Positions 37,239 through 47,100 of a stretch of DNA of 59,049 nucleotides are shown here, piece by piece. The stretch is from Methanosarcinales archaeon (GTDB lineage Archaea; Halobacteriota; Methanosarcinia; Methanosarcinales; Methanocomedenaceae): positions 1-59,049 of the forward strand of contig JAIOQW010000163.1 in NCBI GenBank assembly GCA_021108405.1, read 5' to 3'. Positions within the stretch are counted from its first letter, which is position 1; every line of letters begins with the position of its first letter. The notes below the pieces were generated by a model. It did not search any database. It saw nothing but the letters and a program-made list of their open reading frames with translations, and was not told the origin of the DNA. Made by a program: the position numbers and the translations under genes.

Positions 37239-38981
37239 ATGGTGGTAATTAGCATGGATTATGAAAATATTTTTAAAAAATTTCATCGTAAATCACGATA
37301 CATAACAATTCCATTATCTCTTTTTATTTTTGCATTTATAATTCGATTAAATGGAGGAATGTGGGATACTCGTATTGGCAATGATGCATATATATCAAGA
37401 CAGGCAGAATACATTTACTCATATGGTCATCCGGCAGTTCCTGACCCTTTTAGTTCTGCTCCATTATATCAACCGGGAATGGCATACCTTCTGGCATTCG
37501 CTGGTAAATTATTTGACTTCATTCCAATCGGTATGTCAAGTATGACTTTGGCGCAAGGATTGATACCGCCGTTTCTGGGTGCTGCAACAGTTTTAGTCAT
37601 ATTTTGGCTGGGCAGTAGGTTCTACAATTTAAAAGCCGGATTAGTAAGTGGAATATTTGCTTGCGTTTCCATTTTCTTACTTACCAGGACATTGAAAGGT
37701 TTTACTTTCCATGATTCACTTTCATTATTCCTGATCGTATTAACAATAGCACTTGTAGTCAAAACACTGGACGTTTTACAGGATCCATTCCCAATAGACA
37801 AGAAAAAACAGGTAATTTACTTATCCTGGATATTATTGCCTGCTGTTTCTGTTGGACTTGCTGGCTTTTCATGGGGTGGATATTTTGTTATTCATGCGAT
37901 ACTTATTCTCTACACTCTATTAATTATCCTATACTTTCTTGCAACTAAAAAGGCATTATATCCTCTTTCCTCCTTCCTGACCTTTATGGCAATCACGCTA
38001 ATCCTGGGGACAATTCTTGCAAGTTTTCTGTATCCTGTAAGGAATCTGGAAGAAATTGTAAGAGCAATGGAGATGATGGGATATGCATCGGGACCAATGG
38101 TATATAAATTTACAGCCGATCTCCAACCCACCAGGTTCCAGGATTTAGAGATGTTCTTCGGAAAATATTTGATATTGGGATTAATATTTTTATTTATCGG
38201 CCTTTATAGAACATATATTAACAACAAGGCCTTTGGGTTACTGTTAATTTCAGCCACAGGAATTTCAATGTTCCTGGGACTGGCCAGATTTCATTTTATG
38301 GATATTTTTTCAATATTCGGATATGTAGGTATCGGAATAGGATTTATTGCACTAATTGACCTGGCTGCCAGGTTTGATTTGAGGAAAAGATCTGCTATTG
38401 TATTGTTATCTATTCTTGCAGCGATCCTATTATTCTCATCTATTGTGGGACCATCCATTGATTATATAAAAAATTCCAGGGGATTGAATGAATATTCCGG
38501 AATAGGGAACGCTGATATGATGGAGGGATACAGTTATATCAGAAATAATACCGCACCTGATGCTCTGATAATTAATTGGTGGGATTATGGCAATGATATT
38601 GGATATCGTGCACAAAGACGAACGGTAATTGACCAAATGTATATTGAAGATGCTGATGTGATCAATGTCTCGAAAATAATAATGGGGACCAGTGGCCCGG
38701 AAGGTTTGCAAATATCGAAATATTATAAAAATAAATTTGACAATCCGGAAGTATTTCTTTTAATCGGGAAATTTGACAGCCAAATTAGTTCCATTATAGC
38801 ATACTGTTCCGGAGAAGGGATGGATGTAGTCTATTCTTTTGACCGGACAGGTAATATTGAAGCTTTGACACCAGATGCATTTGAAACAAATTACTATAAA
38901 TTATGGACCAATCAAACAGTTGAAGGTTACGATATTGTTTATGCAAATGAAGAAATGAAACTTGTTAAATTGGATGTTTGA
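37239..38981 (+). CDS. aglB: STT3/AglB-family oligosaccharyltransferase (compact)
   Basis: GNDAY loop, YQPG, multiple TM, FHD, INWWDYG motif. Confidence 0.8.
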   Translation: MVVISMDYENIFKKFHRKSRYITIPLSLFIFAFIIRLNGGMWDTRIGNDAYISRQAEYIYSYGHPAVPDPFSSAPLYQPGMAYLLAFAGKLFDFIPIGMSSMTLAQGLIPPFLGAATVLVIFWLGSRFYNLKAGLVSGIFACVSIFLLTRTLKGFTFHDSLSLFLIVLTIALVVKTLDVLQDPFPIDKKKQVIYLSWILLPAVSVGLAGFSWGGYFVIHAILILYTLLIILYFLATKKALYPLSSFLTFMAITLILGTILASFLYPVRNLEEIVRAMEMMGYASGPMVYKFTADLQPTRFQDLEMFFGKYLILGLIFLFIGLYRTYINNKAFGLLLISATGISMFLGLARFHFMDIFSIFGYVGIGIGFIALIDLAARFDLRKRSAIVLLSILAAILLFSSIVGPSIDYIKNSRGLNEYSGIGNADMMEGYSYIRNNTAPDALIINWWDYGNDIGYRAQRRTVIDQMYIEDADVINVSKIIMGTSGPEGLQISKYYKNKFDNPEVFLLIGKFDSQISSIIAYCSGEGMDVVYSFDRTGNIEALTPDAFETNYYKLWTNQTVEGYDIVYANEEMKLVKLDV

Positions 38982-39375
38982 TTTGAAACTGAACCCATCT
39001 GTGTACTTCCTTTACACGTTCAAGTGCTCCATGTCTTGAAAACACTTCTTTGTTTGAAGGTGTGAAGACGTCATATCGATATTCTACAGCAAAAGGAGTT
39101 AGATCATCAATATTGTATAACTCGTCTGGAACCTCGATCTCATGTTCAGAGCAAAGATCTATTAATTCTCCTAAATCGTGAGTATGTCGAAATGGAATAA
39201 TTTTAAACATGAGCAGAGCTTTTAGGAGCTTTTCAATTGCCTGCTGTGAGTGGAAACCAAAAATTTCAGAAGAGATGTCTTCATCGTCTACTATTTTTTC
39301 GAGTAATACCATGTCCTCTTCCGCTTTTCGTATCAATGTGCAGATAAGTTCATTGCGAGCATCGGTATCACTCAC
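38965..39375 (-). CDS. HEPN domain protein (HEPN-MNT toxin-antitoxin)
   Basis: FHSQQAIEKLLKA, RHTHDL, EYRY; GTG start at 39375 overlapping the MNT gene. Confidence 0.9.
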   Translation of the reverse strand: MSDTDARNELICTLIRKAEEDMVLLEKIVDDEDISSEIFGFHSQQAIEKLLKALLMFKIIPFRHTHDLGELIDLCSEHEIEVPDELYNIDDLTPFAVEYRYDVFTPSNKEVFSRHGALERVKEVHRWVQFQIKHPI

Positions 39376-39688
39376 TATAGACCACCTTACCTTCATGAAG
39401 CGCCGGATAAAGCACAGTTCCTATTATATTCCCATAACGTTTGACCTCATCTATTGAAAAGACCAAAATGTCTACAGGTACCCGAAGTGATCGCAAAGAA
39501 CGCCGGATCCTGACAGTTTCCTCACGTCTAGCTGTGACCTCACGTTCAATGACAAGTAGATCAAAATCACTGTCCACTCCTGCATCTCCGCGAGCATAGG
39601 ATCCAAAGAGTATGATCTTTTCAGGGTGTGCCACATCTACGATCTGCGCTACAACCTGATCCAATGTTTTAGAAGATAGTTTCTGCAT
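39368..39688 (-). CDS. Minimal nucleotidyltransferase (MNT)
   Basis: LFGSYARGD..DSDFDLLV (GS-x10-DxD). Confidence 0.9.
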   Translation of the reverse strand: MQKLSSKTLDQVVAQIVDVAHPEKIILFGSYARGDAGVDSDFDLLVIEREVTARREETVRIRRSLRSLRVPVDILVFSIDEVKRYGNIIGTVLYPALHEGKVVYSE

Positions 39689-39760
39689 TTTTAATCACTT
39701 ATATATCTGATATGCTATACATCTGTTTTGTATTAATTATCTTTTATTTGTCTTTCATGA

Positions 39761-39970
39761 ATTAAAAGGGTTCTCTCTGAACTTATACAGGTATGTTACA
39801 TGCTTGATGATTTTATAACAAAAGAACGTGAAGTAAAAGCTCTCCTGCAAGGTTCAGAGGAACTTCAATGTGATAATCTGTTAATCATTACATGGGATTA
39901 TGAGGCGGTTGAAATTGTTTCCGGGAAGAATGTCAGATATGTTTCTCTGTGGAAGTGGCTTCTTGGTTAG
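39761..39970 (+). pseudogene. C-terminal fragment of COG1373/DUF4143-type ATPase
   Basis: Translates ELIQVCY..TKEREVKALL..LLIITWDYE..YVSLWKWLLG*; no N-terminal part. Confidence 0.75.
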
Positions 39971-40064
39971 TGTTCTGTTTTTGCACAAACCATCATAACG
40001 GTTTCCGGGGTCGTCGTGTTCAATACACTCAATACCGGAAGGTACAAAGCTAAATGGACTATTT

Positions 40065-40235
40065 TTAAACTGTAGCATTTTTCGTTTGCCCATAGGCTTT
40101 AAGGAAGTCGTTTTGTGGGATACTTACTTGTGTGCAAATAGTTCTTAAAGTTGAGCCTTTGATTCGAGTATGATTAGGCATCGTCAAGGGAGTCCGTGTG
40201 TCATCAGGATTTTCAAGAACCATCGCAATATGTTC
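40065..40235 (-). pseudogene. hicA: 5'-truncated HicA-family toxin
   Basis: Translates EHIAMVLENPDDTRTPLTMPNHTRIKGSTLRTICTQVSIPQNDFLKAY; no start codon. Confidence 0.75.
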
Positions 40236-41021
40236 TCATTTAAAAATAGCTATAGTAGTCAAAACTCCGACAGCATGATACGTTTTATTATAAGGTCTGT
40301 TTCCTTCATCATTCTCCATAGTAGTACCATAGTACTCTTTAATCAACTTTAATTGATTTATAGAGTGTAAATACTGATAATGAAGGATATTTTCTTTCTT
40401 AATTCTATTTTCCACATTATTAAAATATTCTTTTGCTCTTGATCGTATATCTTCACAGTTATACCAATTCATATTCTTCCCTTCCCCTGATTCTGCAAAT
40501 CGTACATTTAACACTGTATAAATAATTGCAATTCGATAGATATGATCTTCAGAAACTAATTCTTCTTCCTCGCAAATATCATCACGATCGATATCATTTA
40601 ATTGATCTTTCGCTTTTTTTAATGCTTTTTTTATATCACTAATTCCAGCTTTTGGTTTACTTTTAGAAATCCATGGGTTCATTCTTTTTGCTTCAATTAC
40701 AGAAGTTAGTGTTTTATTGTTCATTGAACGATCAATTAAGTGTGCATCTACTCTACCTTGTTTAATATTATTTTTTTTTACATCTTTGCGATCAAAAGAA
40801 ACCTCTAAAAAACAAAATCGATCCTTTTTATTTAATCCCTGAATAAAAATGGATGAAAGAGTAGTTTCATTTCCCCATTCAAGAATTGTATTTTTAGAAC
40901 CATTACTATTACAATATTGATCTATAGTTTTATGGAATATTTTGATTCCATCTTCTAATATTTCAAATATTTTATGGTTCCCATGAATTGATACACCTTT
41001 TAATTTTTTAACCATATACAT
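40236..41021 (-). CDS. AT-rich putative PD-(D/E)xK nuclease
   Basis: E..GRVD..VIEAK motif; visibly more AT-rich than neighbours. Confidence 0.55.
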   Translation of the reverse strand: MYMVKKLKGVSIHGNHKIFEILEDGIKIFHKTIDQYCNSNGSKNTILEWGNETTLSSIFIQGLNKKDRFCFLEVSFDRKDVKKNNIKQGRVDAHLIDRSMNNKTLTSVIEAKRMNPWISKSKPKAGISDIKKALKKAKDQLNDIDRDDICEEEELVSEDHIYRIAIIYTVLNVRFAESGEGKNMNWYNCEDIRSRAKEYFNNVENRIKKENILHYQYLHSINQLKLIKEYYGTTMENDEGNRPYNKTYHAVGVLTTIAIFK

Positions 41022-41266
41022 TTGTTTATTATCAATTCTATTTAAATTTATTGTGATTCCAAATAATTATTTGTAATAGATATCGAGCATAGAATACCAC
41101 CCCGCAGGAGTTGAATGTATCAGCGTCTTGAAAATAAAACAGATCAAATTTGAACCCAGTGGATACGACATTTTATTCCTCTCAGAAATCCGTCTCTCAA
41201 AATCCTGATCTAATTAGTAATTCCTATACGTAAGTTAATCTATTAGTAACCCAATATATCTATATT

Positions 41267-41644
41267 ATGGCAATTCCTTTACAATGCCCGAGAACTAAAA
41301 CCGGATCATGTATAGGTAATAAATGTCCAATGTATATAGTGGAGTGGCGCTCAAAAGAAGAATATTGTATAATAGGTTACTACCCCCCGGATGAAAGAAA
41401 AAGTAGAGGAAAACCTATCAATGACGATTATGCCAGAGGCATATTAGGTGAGGCAAAAACCAGGATCACACCAGCAGCCGTCTTGTTTGATCAAAAACAT
41501 ACAATTAATAAACCCGTTATTAATCCAAAGACAGAACCAAAACTAAAAAATAATAAAGATCAAAAGATCAATAAAACCAGGGACATGATGAATATGGAAG
41601 ACATTCCGGATGATTATGAAAAAGAATTCTGGGATCAACAATAA
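41267..41644 (+). CDS. Hypothetical protein with Cys-rich N-terminus
   Basis: CP..SC..KCP..YC; low-complexity C-terminus. Confidence 0.6.
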   Translation: MAIPLQCPRTKTGSCIGNKCPMYIVEWRSKEEYCIIGYYPPDERKSRGKPINDDYARGILGEAKTRITPAAVLFDQKHTINKPVINPKTEPKLKNNKDQKINKTRDMMNMEDIPDDYEKEFWDQQ

Positions 41645-41649
41645 TCCGA

Positions 41650-42687
41650 TCACACCATAGACATCCTCACCAATTCCCCAAGATCAATGATCTTTATACC
41701 TATATCAGAAAGGTTCCTGATGCATAAAGGACATGCAGTTACCACATACTCCATACCTTGCGGTATATTTGCAGCAAGATCTTTTGCTATTGTACTTGAT
41801 AGTTCGGGATAACCTAACCTGACACCACCACCACCTCCGCAACATCCTGCTTTCTCCCTGGAATTCTCCATCTCCACAAGAGTACAGATATGATTGATCA
41901 CTGTCCTGGGAGCATCATAGAGTTTATTGAACCTACCCAGATGACACGGGTCATGGTAGCTTACTGTGATATTAAGTCTCTTAAGCGGTAATTGCTCAAG
42001 CCTATCTGATAAAAATTCACTAAGGTGTATAACATTAAATTCATACTGTCCCTTGAACATGGCATAGCATCCGGCACACTCAGTAATGACCGTATGTGCT
42101 CCTGCTTTCTTGATCTGGTATGAATTATGTTCTATTAATTCCGATGCATCCGAACCGAGTCGAAATAGAGGTGATCCGCAGCATTTCTCATCTTCCAGCA
42201 GCCCCACATTGAACTGCCGCAGGATCGAATATATAGCAGCAGTGGTCTCTTGCTGTCTATATGAAGCAAGACATCCCACAAAATAAATTTGATCAAAAGA
42301 TCCCTGATCAACCGGAATATCAAGCCAGGATGTCCTGGGTGATTCATCTCCCAGTGAATTTTCTGATTCGGATACACGGTTCATTATCTCTATCTGGTGA
42401 GGAGCTACATGTCCCATATCCATAAGTTCACTTCTAACAACTCGTGTAATTTCCAGAGGGTCTGCGCCGGATGGGCATTCGCTTACGCACTGATGACAGG
42501 TTGTACAGGTTAGAAAACTATCGATCATCCTCCGGGACGGTTCAAGACCACAAGTACATCCCAGTGCCATTAACATCCTGCCCCTGGGACCTGATGATTC
42601 CCAACCCAATACTTCCTGGGAAGGGCATACTGTACGGCACCGCCCGCATTTAACACATTTGATGATATCCTTCAGGTACTGTTTCAT
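41650..42687 (-). CDS. GlcF/HdrD-like Fe-S protein with CCG domains
   Basis: CVKCGRC..CP, CTTCHQC..CP, CCG, HDPCHLGR, CCGGGGG. Confidence 0.9.
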   Translation of the reverse strand: MKQYLKDIIKCVKCGRCRTVCPSQEVLGWESSGPRGRMLMALGCTCGLEPSRRMIDSFLTCTTCHQCVSECPSGADPLEITRVVRSELMDMGHVAPHQIEIMNRVSESENSLGDESPRTSWLDIPVDQGSFDQIYFVGCLASYRQQETTAAIYSILRQFNVGLLEDEKCCGSPLFRLGSDASELIEHNSYQIKKAGAHTVITECAGCYAMFKGQYEFNVIHLSEFLSDRLEQLPLKRLNITVSYHDPCHLGRFNKLYDAPRTVINHICTLVEMENSREKAGCCGGGGGVRLGYPELSSTIAKDLAANIPQGMEYVVTACPLCIRNLSDIGIKIIDLGELVRMSMV

Positions 42688-44063
42688 TCAAGTCCGACCT
42701 TTTGGGGATTCATTATATTATGAGGGTCCAGTGCCTTTTTTATCTGTTTCATTACATCAAGTCCCCTGCCGTGTTCCTGTTCCATATATGCTTCCCTTAC
42801 ACAACCAATACCATGTTCTCCTGATACCGTACCTCCATTTCGAAGAGCAGCCCTGTGGATATCATCAGCCACTTGCTTTAATTGTTCATACTGGTACGTA
42901 TCCAGTATATCAATAGCCATACCAGTGTGTAAGTTACCGTCTCCTGCATGACCATAGGTCATGATCGTAATATTGTAACGTGAAGAGATCGAACGTATAT
43001 CTTTAAGCATTGCCGGGATAGCAGATAGAGGTACTGCAATATCCTCACCTATATAGACCCTGGTCTTATCAGGATATAATCGTGTCATCACAGCACCTAC
43101 TAAGCGTCGTGCTTTCCATATTTCTTGCTGCCCGGAAACAGAACCGGCAGTATTTATATCAAAGGCTCCTAATGCCCGGCAGCAGTTGGCAATATCTACT
43201 GCATCAGAGTCAATACTGCAAGGTGTTCCATCTACTTCAATAAGCAGCAGGGCTTCACATTCGGGAATATCCAGGCCAGGGTCATATATATTAAGTGCCT
43301 GTATTGTTGTACTATCCATCAATTCACAGGCAGAGGGTACAATTCCCTGGCTCATTATAGCAGGAACGGTCCTACCTGCTGCCTCAAGATCATTGAAATG
43401 GGCAAGTACTACTTTTCTGGCTTTTGGTATAGGATGTATCTTTAACCTGGCTGCAGTAATAATTCCAAGCGTGCCTTCAGACCCTACCATAAGTGCAGTG
43501 AGGTCATATCCTGATGCAGATTTCATAGTCATGGATCCTGTTCGGATAATCTCACCATCCGGCAGCACAACCTCGAGGTCCAGTACATATCGGGTAACTG
43601 TTCCGTATTTGACCGAGCGCATACCACTACCGCCATTGGCAATAAATCCGCCCAGTGTACACATTTCACTGCTGCCAGGGTCAGGAGGGAAGAAAAATCC
43701 GTATGGTTCAAGGGCACTGTTAAGCCGGGCATGAATAAGACCGGGTTCGACCAGTACCTGGAGGTTTGGGATATCTATCTTTTGCAGTTTGTTCATACGG
43801 CTCATATCAAGTACTATCCCGCCGCTTATTGGTACAGCACCACCTGATAGGCCCGTACCTGCACCTCTGGGTACTATAGGTATATGATATTGGGATGCAA
43901 GTTTTACTATGGCTGATACTTCTTGCGTGGAATGGGGCATAACGACATAATCAGGGGATGAAGAGATATATGAAGCATCATATGAATAACAGTATAACTC
44001 TGCCGGGTCACGGCTAACGCGATTTAAAGTGACTATGTCCTGGATTTTATTGAATATATCCAC
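42684..44063 (-). CDS. FAD-linked oxidase, GlcD/D-lactate dehydrogenase family
   Basis: PRGAGTGLSGG, PPDPGS, GSEGTLG, GHAGDGNLH, GEHGIG; GTG start at 44063 preferred. Confidence 0.9.
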   Translation of the reverse strand: MDIFNKIQDIVTLNRVSRDPAELYCYSYDASYISSSPDYVVMPHSTQEVSAIVKLASQYHIPIVPRGAGTGLSGGAVPISGGIVLDMSRMNKLQKIDIPNLQVLVEPGLIHARLNSALEPYGFFFPPDPGSSEMCTLGGFIANGGSGMRSVKYGTVTRYVLDLEVVLPDGEIIRTGSMTMKSASGYDLTALMVGSEGTLGIITAARLKIHPIPKARKVVLAHFNDLEAAGRTVPAIMSQGIVPSACELMDSTTIQALNIYDPGLDIPECEALLLIEVDGTPCSIDSDAVDIANCCRALGAFDINTAGSVSGQQEIWKARRLVGAVMTRLYPDKTRVYIGEDIAVPLSAIPAMLKDIRSISSRYNITIMTYGHAGDGNLHTGMAIDILDTYQYEQLKQVADDIHRAALRNGGTVSGEHGIGCVREAYMEQEHGRGLDVMKQIKKALDPHNIMNPQKVGLE

Positions 44064-44090
44064 TGATAAACCCCCGGATGAAATAATAGT

Positions 44091-44181
44091 GAACAAAATC
44101 CTCCCTCCGGCCTGATTTTATTAACTAATGCTCTATAAGAGCCGAAGATTAGAAAATGCGAACGGAGTGAGCATTTTCGAT
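44091..44181. repeat. GAACAAAATCC modular element (modules A, B, D)
   Basis: GAACAAAATCCTCCCTCCGGCCTGATTTT..GCTCTATAAGAGCCGAAGATTAGAAAATGC..GCATTTTCGAT. Confidence 0.85.
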
Positions 44182-44197
44182 ACTGAAGATTGAAAAA

Positions 44198-44707
44198 TCA
44201 GATTCCGGTCCACAGGCATTTTTTATATGATCCGATCACCATTTTTACTTCAGAATCAATGATCCCTTCAATCGTAGAAAACCTATCAATAAAACTCTGC
44301 ATTTCAATAACCGAAGGGAACATTGCTTCGCACATAATGTTGAACTTTGTATTAACGCGATACATAGCGATAATTCGTTCATGATCATTTAGCAGTTCTT
44401 CGACAACCTTCTCAAGGCAGCTATCATCCACTTCCATGTTGATAAATGCCTTTACACATTTTTCAGCTTCCTTGCAATTAAGAAGTAAAATAAACCCCTC
44501 GATGATCCCCTTTTTAATCATTTCATTGATCCGGCGCCTGATGGTACCTTCACTGACATCGATCTTGTTGGCAATATCCACATTACTTATTCTTGCATTC
44601 TCACCAAGTATACCAATGATCTTCATATCAAGATCATCTATCTGCAAATTATCCAACAGATCACCGCATGACTCCTTTCTCCAGCATTTGATCTCATTAT
44701 TATTCAT
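44198..44707 (-). CDS. Lrp/AsnC family transcriptional regulator
   Basis: IDDLDMKIIGILGENARIS..IA..VSEGTIRRRI..GIIEGF. Confidence 0.9.
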   Translation of the reverse strand: MNNNEIKCWRKESCGDLLDNLQIDDLDMKIIGILGENARISNVDIANKIDVSEGTIRRRINEMIKKGIIEGFILLLNCKEAEKCVKAFINMEVDDSCLEKVVEELLNDHERIIAMYRVNTKFNIMCEAMFPSVIEMQSFIDRFSTIEGIIDSEVKMVIGSYKKCLWTGI

Positions 44708-44752
44708 TATTACCTAACTGTCATAATGATATAAATAAATTTTGTGTCGAGA

Positions 44753-44782
44753 TTCGTAAAAGTCATGCGAAATATTTATATG
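44753..44782 (+). promoter_or_regulatory. Putative fsr promoter (BRE/TATA) overlapped by an imperfect palindrome
   Basis: TTCGTA-N7-TGCGAA followed by TTTATATG ~45 bp before the ATG. Confidence 0.45.
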
Positions 44783-44824
44783 GAATTGAAGATTATATCT
44801 ATTCAATCTAATATAGGTGATATT

Positions 44825-46747
44825 ATGGAAGAATATAAATGGTTTCTAAAAGATGAAGTTGTAGATACTGGAATGTGTACATTGTGCGGTGCATGTGCAG
44901 CAGTATGCCCTAATGACCGTATAGAGTTCACAGCCAGTGGCCCCCTATTAAAGGAAGAATGTCCGAGAAACGGGCAGGGAGCCTGTAAAGATGTATGTCA
45001 GCGTATAGTAACATTTGCTTCTAAGATCGGGCCTAATATATTTGGGTTTAAAGCAAAGCCACCGTCACTGCTTGGTCAGTATGAGACACTGGTGGCAGCA
45101 CGTGCGACCGATGCTGCGATCCGTGAAGCCGGGCAGGACGGCGGTGCTGTAACTGCTCTATTGTCATACTGTATTGACCAGGGATTGATCGACGGTGTGG
45201 TTACCACTGGTGAGGTTGGAAAACCGAGTTCTGTAGTGGTCAGATCAAAGGATGAACTGCTCAAGAGCGCAGGCTCAACATATTCAGCAATTCCCGTACT
45301 TTCTGCGATCAAACAGGCAGAAGATATAACTAATGCTGCTGTGGTCGGGCTGCCGTGTCATGTATATGGGGTAAGAAAAACACAATTCTTCCCGGGTATG
45401 ATGGCACATGGTTATGAGGTAGGCGAGAACGGCGAGAAGATAAAAGTGCCCAACATTGCTTACGTTATCGGATTGTTCTGTACGGAGAACTTTAATTATG
45501 ATATCCTGGGGGGCTTTTTGGCAGAAAAAGGAGTGGATATTGAAACAGTCACCAGAGCACAGATACACCTGGATGAACTGGTCGTGACCACTGATAAAGG
45601 TACATTTGAGTTCGATCTTAATGATCTATGGAATGCAGGCTGCGTCCAGGACGGATGTGTAATATGCAGGGATGCGGTCTCAAAACTTGCTGATATCTCA
45701 GCCGGGTACATGGGTTCAGGCAAGGGATGGACCACGCTCATGGGAAGGACCCAAAAAGGTGTTGAACTGATCAAGATGGCAGAAAAAGCAGGATATATCG
45801 AGACTGAATCGAATATCGATCTTCACAGGATCGAGGAGTTTGCCGGTCTTAAGATGCAGCGGTTCAAGTGGGAATTAAAGAGGCGTCTGGATGAAGACAA
45901 GAAGGTCAAGTTCTACTGGGCATCTGATTATCCTGGCGTTATGGGCGAGACAAAGGGAACATTCTTTGTTAAGATTAAGACCAATGCCGGACTGACTAAT
46001 GCAGATAGTCTGGCAAGTGCAGCAGAGCTGGCTAATAAGTACGGCGATGGTACGATTGAGATTACTACCAGACAGAGTGTGGAGATACAGGGTGTTCCGG
46101 GTCCCAATGTAGATAAACTTATGGCAGAACTCTATTCAAAAGGAATGGCAACAATAGGAATGGGGTATGTATTGTCGTGTGTGGGTAGTGAATACTGTAC
46201 AGAAGGGCTGGTTGAGACTAAAAAGCTCGCTGGTGAGCTTACCATGGCATTTGCACAAAAACTTACACCCCATAAAATGAAGATCAGTATATCCGGGTGT
46301 CCGAATGCCTGCAGCAGACCAACCCGTCACGATATTGGTCTTATAGGACAGGTACGTCCTGAACTCGACCCTGAGAAATGTAATGGATGCGGCCGGTGTG
46401 CCGAACTGTGCAGGGTGGATGCTATTTCAATAGTACTTAAAAAGGCCCAGATCGATAAGGATAAGTGCATATCCTGCGGCTGGTGTATCAGGGGCTGTCC
46501 AAGCGAGGCCATGATCGAAAAAGAGCGTGGATACACTATGTGGATAGGCGGAAATGATGCACGAAGGCCTGCAGACGGGATCATATTGAAATCGTTCTGT
46601 ACACAAGAGGAGATACCTAAATTGATCGAGGCTGTTGCTGGTACGTTTGTTAAATACAGGACAAAGCCGGGTCGAGAGAGACTTGGAAATGTCATGAAAC
46701 AGGTAGGAACAGGCAAGTTCATTAAAGAGGTACTAGATCAGGTGTGA
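44825..46747 (+). CDS. fsr: F420-dependent sulfite/nitrite reductase (FrhB-like::siroheme reductase fusion), group II-like
   Basis: CTLCGAC, GQDGGAVT, VGLPC, GLFCTENF (FrhB); TTRQ, CVGSEYC, GCPNAC siroheme-[4Fe-4S] ligands; ferredoxin insert; SD AGGTGA before ATG 44825. Confidence 0.9.
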   Translation: MEEYKWFLKDEVVDTGMCTLCGACAAVCPNDRIEFTASGPLLKEECPRNGQGACKDVCQRIVTFASKIGPNIFGFKAKPPSLLGQYETLVAARATDAAIREAGQDGGAVTALLSYCIDQGLIDGVVTTGEVGKPSSVVVRSKDELLKSAGSTYSAIPVLSAIKQAEDITNAAVVGLPCHVYGVRKTQFFPGMMAHGYEVGENGEKIKVPNIAYVIGLFCTENFNYDILGGFLAEKGVDIETVTRAQIHLDELVVTTDKGTFEFDLNDLWNAGCVQDGCVICRDAVSKLADISAGYMGSGKGWTTLMGRTQKGVELIKMAEKAGYIETESNIDLHRIEEFAGLKMQRFKWELKRRLDEDKKVKFYWASDYPGVMGETKGTFFVKIKTNAGLTNADSLASAAELANKYGDGTIEITTRQSVEIQGVPGPNVDKLMAELYSKGMATIGMGYVLSCVGSEYCTEGLVETKKLAGELTMAFAQKLTPHKMKISISGCPNACSRPTRHDIGLIGQVRPELDPEKCNGCGRCAELCRVDAISIVLKKAQIDKDKCISCGWCIRGCPSEAMIEKERGYTMWIGGNDARRPADGIILKSFCTQEEIPKLIEAVAGTFVKYRTKPGRERLGNVMKQVGTGKFIKEVLDQV

Positions 46748-46765
46748 TCTGCCGGGTTAATAAGA

Positions 46766-46803
46766 GAGAACAAAATCCGAGGGCTAGCGAGGATTTTGTT
46801 CTC
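46766..46803. repeat. Palindromic module A (13-bp arms); probable bidirectional terminator
   Basis: GAGAACAAAATCC-N12-GGATTTTGTTCTC. Confidence 0.85.
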
Positions 46804-46929
46804 AAAATATTTAATAACAGCATCGTTTCCATCAGCAGCTTCAGTGACATAATGTCCGTTCTCTCTTAATAGGTTAACAAGGATAGTTCTTGTAAGGATG
46901 GTATCTTCAACTACTAATATTTCAGCCAT
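46791..46929 (-). pseudogene. Truncated CheY-like receiver domain
   Basis: MAEILVVEDT..LRENGHYVTEAADGNDAVIKYFENK then runs into the palindrome before the phosphoacceptor Asp. Confidence 0.8.
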
Positions 46930-47006
46930 TATCTCCCCTATTATAATTATATCACCATACCAGTTTAATATTATCGGTATATAAAAACATAATACAACTG
47001 AATACC

Positions 47007-47048
47007 AGAACAAAATCCTCCCTTCGGTCGGATTTACTTGATGTATTA
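47007..47048. repeat. GAACAAAATCC modular element (A + half E)
   Basis: AGAACAAAATCCTCCCTTCGGTCGGATTTACTTGATGTATTA. Confidence 0.85.
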
Positions 47049-47100
47049 TTAAAAACGTTTTTAAACAATTACCTATACTTACCTTATAAGGTAGATTTAG

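Noticed and set aside
40236-40238. Selenocysteine read-through fusing the nuclease to HicA
   Set aside because: The HicA part lacks its N-terminus, with no Sec context; a rearrangement junction is simpler
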